A stretch of DNA of 63,980 nt, filler included. It is 15 parts of 15 records of this genome, joined end to end, with 100 filler letters (N's around TTAATTAATTAA, not from the genome) between each part and the next. Parts side by side here need not be neighbours in the genome. Positions count along the whole stretch, not along the records: positions 10,597 to 14,761 come from SRR7504441_8552; positions 14,862 to 19,406 come from SRR7504441_8554; positions 19,507 to 23,351 come from SRR7504441_8559; 12 more parts are not named here. One strand, written 5' to 3'. Position 1 is the stretch's first letter. Each line of letters starts with the position of its first letter. The notes under the pieces are model-generated. The model was not told the origin of the DNA, did not search any database, and saw only the letters and a list, made by a program, of their open reading frames with translations. Shown one piece after another: positions 10,989-21,393 of this stretch. The position numbers were made by a program, and so were the translations under genes.

Positions 10989-13900
10989 TTATCTTGCACC
11001 ACGTCTCGAATCCTCGATTTCGCATGCCTTCCGAACAAGTTCTTCATAAGGCAAACCATACTTCTTGGCTAAGTGATAAGCATGAGAGCGAGCAACCTTT
11101 TCTTTTTCTTCCTCGAGCAAATTCAAACCTTGTATGCTAGAGCTTGGGCGCTCGTATGAGTGCGAGTTTCTTGTAGGTGTAGCAGATTGACGGGCAAAGA
11201 ACTCTTGGCGCGATATTGTATCATCCCTGTTAGTGTCCGTAATTTCAAACTCGTGAAGTGCAGCCACGCCCTCAGAAGGGCTGTGCGCATGGACAAACTC
11301 AGATCGAGAAAGCTTACCATCCTTATTAGTATCTATCGCATCAAAGTGCGCATCATGAACGGCGGAAGCTCTGGCGGCCTGCTTGCTCCAGGTGCCAAGC
11401 GCAGTAGCAGCTTTCAGCACCACCCATCGTGACATCATACGACCAAGAAGTTTAAGGCCCGCCTTCTTCTTCTGTAGTCCTGGAGAATCCTGCTTCGGTG
11501 TGTTGGCCCGCCAGTGGCCAAGACCTCGAATGATTCCGGCTGCGACCCATCGAGAAACAATGTTGCCAATGATTGCAGCTGCCCCTTTGGCTCTCGCCTT
11601 CCGCAACTTAGCAAGCATGGCATCCTTTCCAGATGCCCCCACATGATCTGCTTTCGGTTCTGATGCTTTGCTCGACGTCTCTGGTTCTTCCCTAAGGGCT
11701 GGTCGGGAGGCGTTTGCGACATCGAGTGGAGTCTTTGTGTCCTGCTGGTTCTCTTCCAGCCGCTTAATTCGAGCCTCCAATTCTTTATTCTGCTGTGCCA
11801 AGCGAGAAACATCGCTCACAGAGTGCCCACCCGACCCGACCCCAAGCTTCCCACCCCCTTTGCCCTTGCCGCTGCGCAGCCCAGATTGGCCAGGCTGGCT
11901 ACCACCTTTAGACCGTCCGTTTTGTGTCGCAACTGGTTTTGGATCTTCGACCAGTCGGCGTTCATCTCCCTTACTGCTAGGCAGCACTGTCTGTGGTTGT
12001 ACAGTAGATGAAGTACCTGTGTCTATCCCCACGATGCCAGTCGTCTCGAGTGCAACGTTTGCACCAGGAGACGAGCTGGAATCCTCACTTCTACCATAGC
12101 TTACTGGGGGCAAGGCCGCCTGTTTGCGAAATGTTGCTAAGCGATCAGCTTCTTCGGGCGTTTGTGGGACCACTTGGATAGTATTGTGAGCATATGCGGT
12201 AAACTCTTGCCGAGAAATAAACCCATCCTTATCCGCGTCAACACGATCGAATTCTTGATTCGCCAGCTGTTCAACAGTTGGCATCTCGCCCTGTGATCTC
12301 GCAATTGAGCCTGGCACCCTCGGTGCTAACGTTGTTTCTGAAGTTCCTGTGCCAGTTTCCCTTCGCCTATCTTGCGCTTCTAGCTTGGCATTCAACTCTC
12401 TGTGATCTAGAACTCCGTCTTGATTTAAATCATATGTTTCAAATTCTTGGTTTGTCCCCCCAGAGCCCAAAAACTCTTCCCGATCCACTATTCCATCTCG
12501 ATTCTTGTCCATCGCAAGCGCCTCCTGTAATTCGTTGTTTTTCTGCTCAAGTAAATCCAATCGAAGCTTTAGTTCTCTGTTTTGTTCCTCCAAATGAGTG
12601 TGCTTCTCATTGGTGTTGTCCAACTTTTCAACATGTGATGGACCAGCTTCGTCAACAGCATTGCTGGCCCTAAGCGATTCTGTGGCTCCAGCTGCTCGAA
12701 GCGCAGATTTCATCACACCTTTGCCTGTCCTTCCGGCCGTCGGGAGTGCTGGCATAGGCCTTCGACATGCTGCAGCATATTCATCCTGAGAAATCACGCC
12801 GTCCTTGTTTGAATCAACTCTATCAAACTCTGCCTCGCCAGCTTTTTCTCCGAATGCATCTTTGAACTCTGAACGTGAAATTAGCTTGTCCTGATTTACA
12901 TCAACCTGGTCGAACTCTTCTTGTGTGGTCAGGCCTTGTTGACGCAAAGCGTTCTCTCCACGCTGATCTGGGCTGTAAGCAGCAACGAATTCTTCACGGG
13001 AGATCAAGCCATCCTTATTTGTATCCACTCGAGAAAATTCCACGTCCCCGACCTCTGGGTTATAGCCATAGGCCGCAGCAAACTCAGCTTGGGTTATCTG
13101 TCCATCGGTATTGACATCGATTTTGTTGAATTCCTCCTCGGCAGCAGACTCTGCACTGGGATTATTGAGCACTTCTGGAATTTTGGGCTCCGGATCCATA
13201 TCTCTGAGAGCCTGTAGCAGCGCGGAATCTTCGGTATACTTTGGAGACGATTCATTTGATTGTGGGTTGGGTGTCACTAAATGAGCAGAATCTTGTTCGT
13301 CTGCATAGCTTGGCCGAGTCCGATCCGTGCCTGCAAGCTCAGGCCATCTGATTCCACTCTTATCAGTATCAAGCTCCACACCAATGCTTGCCTTCATGGC
13401 GTTCGTCTCAGAATCTAAAGTGCTCGAAACTGACTTGATTCGTTCCTTTGGCTTAAATGTGTCGAAAAAGCTTCCTCCCCCAGGGGATGCTTCGAGAGAT
13501 CTGCGGACGCTCTCACCTTCAATGGGGTCATCGCATGCGGCCTTCACTGCCGCTACGAACTCTCCACGGGAAATTAAACCGTCTTTGTTTGTGTCAATTT
13601 GGTCGAACTCCTCGTCCAGTTTTCTCATTGGGAGATGGGGGACAGTCTCTGGGCCAGGCGCCAGCTGCTGCTGTCCTGCAATAATTTCACGATCCATCGA
13701 ATCAGGCTCGTCGACATTGCTTCTACCAAGGTCAGCCTTGAGCTTGCGGTTTTCTGCCTCCAGCCGCGCCATCTCCTTTTCCAAGAGCGACACGGTCGTA
13801 CCTGAACCTTCCAGGGGAGATCTCGCCTCCAAAGCAGCCACTCGCTGTGCTAACGAGTTTGCGTTGCTGTTAGTTGGTCCAGAGTCTGGCGATGCTCCGT

Positions 13901-14750
13901 ATTCATGTGGCGCACGCGAGTCAGCGTCCGGAGATTGAGACATCGATGGGGATGTTTTGGACCGTCGGATAGCTGCAACGCGGTCTGCTTCCGCCGCAGC
14001 CCACGGGAAGAGTTCTCTTATTTCAGTCGTTTGAGCAGCAAATGCCACCGGCACCTCCACCTTTGCTGCAGCTGCTGTCTTGACCGCAACCTCCGCTATT
14101 GCATCTTTGATGTCCATTACTGGGACTTTCGTCATATGGCCAGCTGGTCTAGCTTCACTAGATGCAGTCGATGGGCTTGGCGCAGAAACCTCCTTAGAAG
14201 GAGCTCTCTGCACTTGGCCTGCTTGGCCTGAGTCCAATTTGATGGGAGGCACTCGCTGTGCTCCTGGCATACTTGGCGGACTGGTGACTGGCGGCGGCAT
14301 TGGTGGTTTTTGCACAGGTGGTGGCTTTTGTACTGGTGGTGGATTTGGCACTGATGGCGGCACGCTAGCCTTCTCCACCCCTCCACGTCGCCACTCGTCA
14401 CGATCAATTACCCCATCCTTGTTGATGTCCAGGTCATCAAACGATTTGCCTTGTGCGTCTGAAGCAAAATGGCCTCTATCCTGCCCTATCGACCCAGAAG
14501 GGATGTTGGGCTTCGGTCGCTCTCGTTCTGGGCTCTGAGCTGGACTCGCACTGGGCGAGCGTTTCAGAACAAAGTCAAAATGCTGGTCAGTTGGGATGGT
14601 AACATATTCCTCCAAAGGCCCTTGTACTGCAGCCGGGGGTGGGGTGCCTGACAATGCCTCATCTAACTCCTGCTGCTGCCGCGCCGCCTCCTGCCCTGCC
14701 TGAACGGCATTGTTTTTAATCATTTCAAATTCCTGCCAGCCCCCACTCAC
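10989..14750 (-). CDS. Large multi-EF-hand protein (11 EF-hand loops, coiled coils, Pro-rich linkers), probably 5'-partial
   Basis: Uninterrupted 1253-codon ORF with 11 DxNxDGxIxxxE-type loops (e.g. DINKDGVIDRDE, DTNKDGLISRGE, DSNKDGVISQDE). Starts at the contig edge. Confidence 0.88.
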   Translation of the reverse strand: MSGGWQEFEMIKNNAVQAGQEAARQQQELDEALSGTPPPAAVQGPLEEYVTIPTDQHFDFVLKRSPSASPAQSPERERPKPNIPSGSIGQDRGHFASDAQGKSFDDLDINKDGVIDRDEWRRGGVEKASVPPSVPNPPPVQKPPPVQKPPMPPPVTSPPSMPGAQRVPPIKLDSGQAGQVQRAPSKEVSAPSPSTASSEARPAGHMTKVPVMDIKDAIAEVAVKTAAAAKVEVPVAFAAQTTEIRELFPWAAAEADRVAAIRRSKTSPSMSQSPDADSRAPHEYGASPDSGPTNSNANSLAQRVAALEARSPLEGSGTTVSLLEKEMARLEAENRKLKADLGRSNVDEPDSMDREIIAGQQQLAPGPETVPHLPMRKLDEEFDQIDTNKDGLISRGEFVAAVKAACDDPIEGESVRRSLEASPGGGSFFDTFKPKERIKSVSSTLDSETNAMKASIGVELDTDKSGIRWPELAGTDRTRPSYADEQDSAHLVTPNPQSNESSPKYTEDSALLQALRDMDPEPKIPEVLNNPSAESAAEEEFNKIDVNTDGQITQAEFAAAYGYNPEVGDVEFSRVDTNKDGLISREEFVAAYSPDQRGENALRQQGLTTQEEFDQVDVNQDKLISRSEFKDAFGEKAGEAEFDRVDSNKDGVISQDEYAAACRRPMPALPTAGRTGKGVMKSALRAAGATESLRASNAVDEAGPSHVEKLDNTNEKHTHLEEQNRELKLRLDLLEQKNNELQEALAMDKNRDGIVDREEFLGSGGTNQEFETYDLNQDGVLDHRELNAKLEAQDRRRETGTGTSETTLAPRVPGSIARSQGEMPTVEQLANQEFDRVDADKDGFISRQEFTAYAHNTIQVVPQTPEEADRLATFRKQAALPPVSYGRSEDSSSSPGANVALETTGIVGIDTGTSSTVQPQTVLPSSKGDERRLVEDPKPVATQNGRSKGGSQPGQSGLRSGKGKGGGKLGVGSGGHSVSDVSRLAQQNKELEARIKRLEENQQDTKTPLDVANASRPALREEPETSSKASEPKADHVGASGKDAMLAKLRKARAKGAAAIIGNIVSRWVAAGIIRGLGHWRANTPKQDSPGLQKKKAGLKLLGRMMSRWVVLKAATALGTWSKQAARASAVHDAHFDAIDTNKDGKLSRSEFVHAHSPSEGVAALHEFEITDTNRDDTISRQEFFARQSATPTRNSHSYERPSSSIQGLNLLEEEKEKVARSHAYHLAKKYGLPYEELVRKACEIEDSRRGAR

Positions 14751-14917
14751 ACTAAGGGCGCNNNNNNNNNNNNNNNNNNNNNNNNNNNNNNNNNNNNNNN
14801 NNNNNTTAATTAATTAANNNNNNNNNNNNNNNNNNNNNNNNNNNNNNNNNNNNNNNNNNNNCCCGATAGCCTCCAACCGGCCGCCGGTCTGCCCCCTCAC
14901 CGCCGCCCACTTGCAGC

Positions 14918-15462
14918 ATGGCCGACGGGCCGAGATCCCATTACGAGTATACACCAGCATGGAAGACTGAAGCGCTCAACAAACTCGTGAGCTGGCGCGG
15001 CTGGCGCTATTAAGCGTTCCATGTGCAGTTTGACCGGATCGACAGCGACAGCGACGGGCAAATCACTAAAGACGAATGGGGGTGAGCTTTGCCCCCAGCA
15101 ACCGCTTGATGCGCGTTATAATTATGATTTGTGTGCCACAGTGCTGCGTCGCTGCCGGAGAGCTTTCACGACGCCATCGACTTCAATAACGGTGCGACGG
15201 ACCATTTAATCCACCTGCGCTCCCACGATTAGTTAAGCCCGGCCCGTTTCGCTCGTCCACACTAAGGACCATCTCACTGCTGTCAGTGGGCTCGAGTTGC
15301 TGCTAGTGTGGCTGAGTCCTGTCCATAGTGCGCGGTTGCGGCTGGGCTATATTAATGTGTGCTTTGCCCCCAGATGGGTTTTGTACACGCGAAGAGTTTC
15401 GGGTCTACTTGGGACGGAAGAGCGATGTCATAGTTCGACAACTCACAACGATGCTCGCATGA
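14918..15462 (+). CDS. Small two-EF-hand calcium-binding protein (4 exons)
   Basis: Splicing gives MADGPRSHYEYTPAWKTEALNKLFDRIDSDSDGQITKDEWG...DAIDFNNDGFCTREEFRVYLGRKSDVIVRQLTTMLA*. The third intron is 15192-15373. Confidence 0.75.
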
Positions 15463-15650
15463 ACTCGTGGTCTTCGCGGAATGATCATCGATCAATATCA
15501 TCCAACGATGCTCAGGCTCGACTGATCAAGAGGAGGATGCCACTCATGTGAGCTCGACGGGGTCATCAAGACGTTTAATAGTTATTCACCTCGCTATATA
15601 CACCAGCACTACTCGTATCAATACCACTGATGCGCCGGTAGTATAGTAGC

Positions 15651-17814
15651 TCAATAGCACTCGAGCACATCGTCTCGCCCGCCGCCTTCGAGCTGCGTAG
15701 ACACCTGCATCTCGATCGCGCAATCCTCCAGCGCTGCCTCTAGCCGAGCTACATCCTCCTGGCTCGCGCTCCCGCTTGCCCGGAGCCCCTCCGCACTCGC
15801 CTGCCTCACCTCCACGTCCAGCTCGTCCAGTCCATCTCTCAGCAGCTGCATGCACGCCAGGGCCCCAGCTAGCCCGCTCAGCTCTGGGTCGGCCGATAGC
15901 CCTCCGGCCAGTCGCACCAGCGCTACTTTGACTCGGGTGTCCGCCTCCCGCAGCAGCTCCGCTGGCCGCCCGGAAGGGACGGCGCCAAGCGCCTGCCGTG
16001 CCACAGTGCGGAGCTGCTCAGGACTCATACACCACTGGCCGAGCAGTTCTAGGACCGCCAGCTGCACACAGCTCGCATCGGCCAGCCCGGCCGCCAGCCC
16101 TCCGGCCAGTCCTTCAAGCCAGCCGCCATGCGGTCGCCTGTTCCCCAACGCCCGAACCGCCACCACGGCCGCAGCCCGCACGGCCGCAGTCGGCTCATGC
16201 CCCCGGAGGAGCCTACGGGCGGCCGGCAGGCACAGTCCGTCGAGCAACGGCTCGGGGGCGCTGGCGACAAACTCGAGTGCCACTTCCCTCAGCTCGCAGT
16301 CGACATCCTCCAGCCTCGCGAGCACAGCATCCGCGAGCCCCACGGAAAGGCCAGGACATGCTGCCAGGGCCCGGCTCAGCACGGCAGGCCGGTCTGCGCC
16401 AACCAGTGAGTGGCTCGGCCGGCTTGCAGGCACCTGTGCGCGTGGCCAGCTGCACCAGCCCTGCACATAGATCCGAGTCCCGCTCAGCGAGCATACCTAC
16501 CATCACTCAATCTAGCAGCAACTGGGCAGCCCACCCGCCAGTCGTATTGCCGGCAGCTGGACCCGCTGGCCTGAACTGAGCCCAGCCCGGGCCAGTCGGA
16601 TCCCGTCCGCCGGATCGAGCTCAGGCAGCCACTGAGCCACTACCTGCAGCCCCGCCACGGCCGTGCTTGTCCGACCGGACACCAGAGCAGCCTCCGTTAT
16701 CGTCACCAGCCGCCCCCCCCAGGCCCGTCCCCGGCCCAGCCGCCCCGATCAGCCCCACTGCGTCGGCCGAGCGGCCGTTCGCCTCGAGGGCCTCCACCAA
16801 CTCGGCCAAGAACGCCTCGTCAGCCCACTCACCGGACCAGCCGACCGCCCGCAATGCTTCGATGCTCCTCTGCCTGACTAGCAGCTCAGGATCCAGAACC
16901 AGCCCGACCGCCCGCGCCGGCCCGAGCCAGCCCACCACCGGCCCGGCGGTCGGATCGGCCGCGGCTTGGGTGAGCAGGCCCAAGCCGGCTAGTTTGCGAA
17001 GCACCGCTGCATCCGCGGCCCAGCAGATGTCGCCAATCTGGCTGGCGGTGGCCTGGGCTGCGGCTGGCGGGAGCTGTTGGAGCATCCGGAGCACCAGCTG
17101 CTGGGCCGGGCGAGCCACGCTTATGGCTGGATGGGCGGCCCAGTCCATCCAGCGAACCTGCCAGCCTGACGCGCCCATCAACCACTCCCGGCCCTGCACC
17201 CCCCTCGCACAGCCCGCCAGCCGCACACCTCCGGCTCGGCCGCCGCGCTGACCAGCAACCCGACGCACCCGGCTAGCACCGCGCTATCCATCTCTCCATG
17301 CCTGCCGCCGCCGGCTCGCGCACCGGCAGGCCGAGCTGCCGCACCGGTCGGGCAGCGTCCCGCGGTCGCGGACCGCCAGGGCCACCGACGCCACTAGCCC
17401 GGGCGGGGCGGTCCGCTCGGCGAAGCTCCACTGCAGCACCCGGCCAGCCAGCTGCCGAGGAAGTCGGCGGGCCGTCAGGGGCTGATCTCACCCGTATTGC
17501 GGCGCCGACCACCCGGGAATCGTGATGGCCAAGCCCGCGCTGACCCAGCGGTGAGCCCGCAAGTGCCGGGCAGGGGCACCGCGAGCTGCCGCAGGCCGGC
17601 TGGGGCGGCCAGGCTGGCCGGGTGTTGCATCAGGTGGTCGGCCAGCTGCTCGACCCTGGCGCTGTCCGGCTCGCGCTGCCACAGGGTCGGGCCGGCCGGC
17701 CGAGGGGGCTGCCTCGGGGCTGGTGAGCAGCTCGAGCGTCGCCTGGGCCGAGTCCACCGGCCGCCGCGAGACCAGCCCCCCGAACTCCACCAGGCAGGCC
17801 TGGCAGCAGTCCAT
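15651..17814 (-). CDS. BRAT1: ARM/HEAT-repeat protein, BRAT1-like
   Basis: HEAT-like segments LARLEDVDCELREVALEFV and DGLDELDVEVRQAS; acidic C-terminus ending DDVLECY*, resembling the conserved BRAT1 terminal DCY. Multi-intron. Confidence 0.6.
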
Positions 17815-18086
17815 CCCTTCGGGCGCGGGTTCCACCCGCAGTCAGACCGTTGTGCGTTCCTGGGCTGGTCTCAGGCAGTGGTACGCATCAGGTACGCATA
17901 GATTACGCAGTACATTAGCAGTACATGTATAGTACATGACATTGTATTGTACTTGAATACCGGATTTGAGTACATGTATGGCTCGGACGACCGGACGAGG
18001 GATTCAATGATTTATGGACTTATTGATAGCCATTAGACCAGCCATTCATACAACGCGGTGACAACCATTAAAACCAAGTCTACCAA

Positions 18087-19334
18087 TCAAAGTTTGGCCA
18101 CGGCCACAGCTTGCGGCACCGTGGGCACAACCGTCTCAATCGAGCAGCGCGTGTACGTCCCTCCTGACTCCACGTCGCGCAGCTCCATCAGAACGTCGCC
18201 GCCGGTCCACCCCGGCTCGGGCTCATCGATTAGACAACCCCACACCGCCACCTGCACCAACCTGCCGAGCTCCGGTTGCCGAAGGTATTCTATAGAGACC
18301 ACAGCGGCCGACGGCATGGTCGGATACTTGCCCGGTGGCAGCCGCTGGAAGGCCTCATACCGAGCTGCTTCGAAGTATCGCACATAGTGGCTCTGATGGA
18401 CCTCGCCTAGAACATCTATCTCTGCAGGCCCGAGCAGTATCGGTGTGGCCAGGAACGGCTCAGGCGCGGTATCGATCGTGCAGCACAACCGCTCGTACGA
18501 TTCATCGAACAGCGGAAGCGACGGATCAGGATCGCACAAGTCTTCGAGCCTGGGCCGATCCGGAAGCACCGAGTGCTCTTTAGAGGCCAAGATCGCACAG
18601 CCGTGCGCCAGCAGCCGCGAGCTGGACGGTTCGAGCAACGTGTGACCGGTCCGGACAGTCACCGATCCAAACTGCTCGATCCAAGCCTCCGAGCGCAGCC
18701 TGCCCTCTGACAGTTAGAGCTTATAGTAGCACAACCCGCCTGATATTCATCTGCCACTTTCTCATTGCAGTGGCAGCGTCGGCGGCCAGCCAGAGGGTTT
18801 GGTACCTGCCCGCCGAGTGGGCCAAGGCGGGGCGGGGGGTCACATCATGCTCATCTTGGGCTTGCCGTTCGGAGCGGTCATTGACTGCAAGTGCCGTTGG
18901 TACAGCATCCGCCAGCTGCCCTCCGGTAACAGACTAACGCTGTGGCTGAACCGACCGGGAGTGCTCAAAAAACTGGGCAGTGGTGGTGAGCAAGGTGGAG
19001 GAAGTGCCGACCTCCCAGGCTTTGACTACAACCGACTGAGCCAGCCGGCGCCCGATGTACGCCTCGCCCTCGAGCGCCTGTGCGATGGTGTTGAAAATGA
19101 CGATCGGATCGTTATTGCTGCCATCCACCCGTTTCACAATCTCGGAATAATACGAAAGAATCGACGGCATGTGCTGGTGGAACGCCTGCAGCCGGCTGCC
19201 GCTGTCTGTCAGGCTCAGGGCGCAGGAGGCTGCCGACCGTTTGATCTTGTGTTCGGTGTCGTCGCTCCTGCGGACCACCCTGGCAGCCACCTCTGGCTCC
19301 GACGGTGGGTTAAAGTCCGTGTGGTATACCCGAC
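18087..19334 (-). CDS. Adenylate kinase (LID + C-terminal part) fused to hotdog-fold thioesterase domain(s), 5'-partial
   Basis: GRVYHTDFNPP..VVRRSDDTEHKIKRRLQAFH..ILSYY..VDGS..IFNTIAQAL is an ADK LID/C-terminus. It continues in frame across short introns to WIEQFGSVTVRTGH and EIDVLGEVHQSHYVRYFEAAR (4HBT-like thioesterase motif). Confidence 0.7.
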
Positions 19335-19506
19335 CTGAGCCGGCCGGTCAGTGCAGTACAATACTACTGTGTGCTGTACTGCTATTACTGTGAATAGTAT
19401 ACTACTNNNNNNNNNNNNNNNNNNNNNNNNNNNNNNNNNNNNNNNNNNNNTTAATTAATTAANNNNNNNNNNNNNNNNNNNNNNNNNNNNNNNNNNNNNN
19501 NNNNNN

Positions 19507-21308
19507 ACCCGCTCTTCTATATTGATGGCTTGCTCGTCCAGAGTACGGCTGGTCCAGCGTGTCAGCATCGTCCACACCAACAGTCTTTGTAGTAGGCGGT
19601 CTATGTGTTGCCCGAGTGGATGCACAGCCCGCGGATTCTCATCCTGAATCGCGTTGGAAACATGTTCCACCGAGCCGTGAGCTGTTCGAGCCTCGTTGCG
19701 AAGAGATGAGCGTGAAACATCGTCTTCCTCGAATTCCAATCCACGGAACCAATCCTCGTTAGTCCGAGCCCCATGCTTTTGCGCGTCAGTTACATCAATG
19801 CATACGGATGTTGGGATTTCGGCACTGTGCCCTGATTCACTGCTCTCCTTGACTACACAGGATGCTCTACGATTCCAGCATCTTAGCACCATCCATATCG
19901 ACAGACGTCGCAGCATGCGGTCTAATAGTGAGCATTGCAGTGTAGCCTTCCACCTGTTCCTCGAACTCATCTCACGGCTCGTCAAAACCGACAGTCTCAC
20001 TTGAATACTACCAAGCTGCTCCTCATCACTCCACTCAATTCCGGCATTTGCATCGAGCTTGCGGGCCTTCGATAACTCCACCACGATGGGCTGGCTACAA
20101 TCCATGTGCTCCCAATCAGCGTGCAGTACACCAGTTGCCAACAGCTTCGACTTTCTAGATCGAACCAAAATGTCGAAGTCGGCACAACTGACCTCTGGGC
20201 TGAGTGTGAACGTCACTTTCTCGACAAACGGATGCTCGGCGTGAAACTCGGGCGGCTGTCTACAGATTCCGACGCGAGAAGCTTGCATCACGTGCACGGT
20301 GTGAGCTTCCTCAATTGCAGAGAGGGTCATAGGTCCAATGGCTACCCCGACATAGATCTCGTCACGGACATACACAAACGGCATGTCCAAGCCGTCTTTC
20401 CAATCGCCAACGGGCTGTAAGTATCTCCCAACTGGGACTGAGCGAAGGATGGTTAGCATCTCGCTCTCAGTGAACAGCATATCTAACGGAGCGAACGAGC
20501 CATCCACCATAACGGCCTTGAGAAGCTGAACAGCCCCTAGAAATGGGCCGCCCAGGGGTACAAAGTGAGCGAGGTGCTCGGCCACCCACTGCCCGCCCTT
20601 GTGTGCTTGGCAGAAATGGAGAAAGTACTTGGCTATACGGCAGCCGAGGCTGAATCCAACCACAACTGCAGGCTCCCCCATGCAGGCCGCCACCATGTGC
20701 TCAGTCTGCTCCACGAGTCGAGTGAAGAACTCATCCCGCGACTCGAGCAGCGCCGGAGTGAGCCGCCAATCTATCCACATTGTCAGAGCAGCAGCGGGGT
20801 ATCCCCAGCAAGCAACAAATAGCAAGCTAAGCAGGGCAAGCTATGGGTGGCCACCGTAGCTCGCTCCGATCATGCTGCCCTTGGTACCGTCCCACTCGGT
20901 GTACCCATGCTCCCTGAGCATGTCGGTGATCACCCCGAGGATCGCAGTCCCCCCCTTGACCAGCGGCTCCTCGGACAGATACTCGCACCCTGCAAGCCCC
21001 GGCTTGGGCCGCACCTGCCCGCATCTGCGTCAGCCGATAGCGTCCAGCAGGCACACCCTGAATCCGGGCAGATCCTGGCCCGGGGCCTCCGGGTCGAGCA
21101 CTAGGTGCTGCACGAACGGGTGTGTCACGTCGTGCGAGCTGTGCGAGGTGCTCTTGAACTCGACGCCCTCGCCCCGCTGGGCCAGCAGAGGGCTAAGGCC
21201 CATCCAAATCCTGGTGTTCTCGTAGCCTTCCACAGGCGACTGTTCGCATTCGAGCACCGAGCCGGCCAGCGAGGGGAACAGGATCACTGGGCTCCGCTGC
21301 CCGGGCAT
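19507..21308 (-). CDS. LCAT/PDAT-family acyltransferase/phospholipase, 3'-partial
   Basis: PVILFPSLAGSVLE, RIWM, GASYDWRL, nucleophile elbow VVVGFSLG, PLGGPFLGA. Confidence 0.8.
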
Positions 21309-21393
21309 TGCCCACTGCTGGCCTCACCGTGGCCTTACAGCACAGAAGGCACCACGCGGAGATGAACTCGGGCTTCCGTTATCCTCGGCTCCG

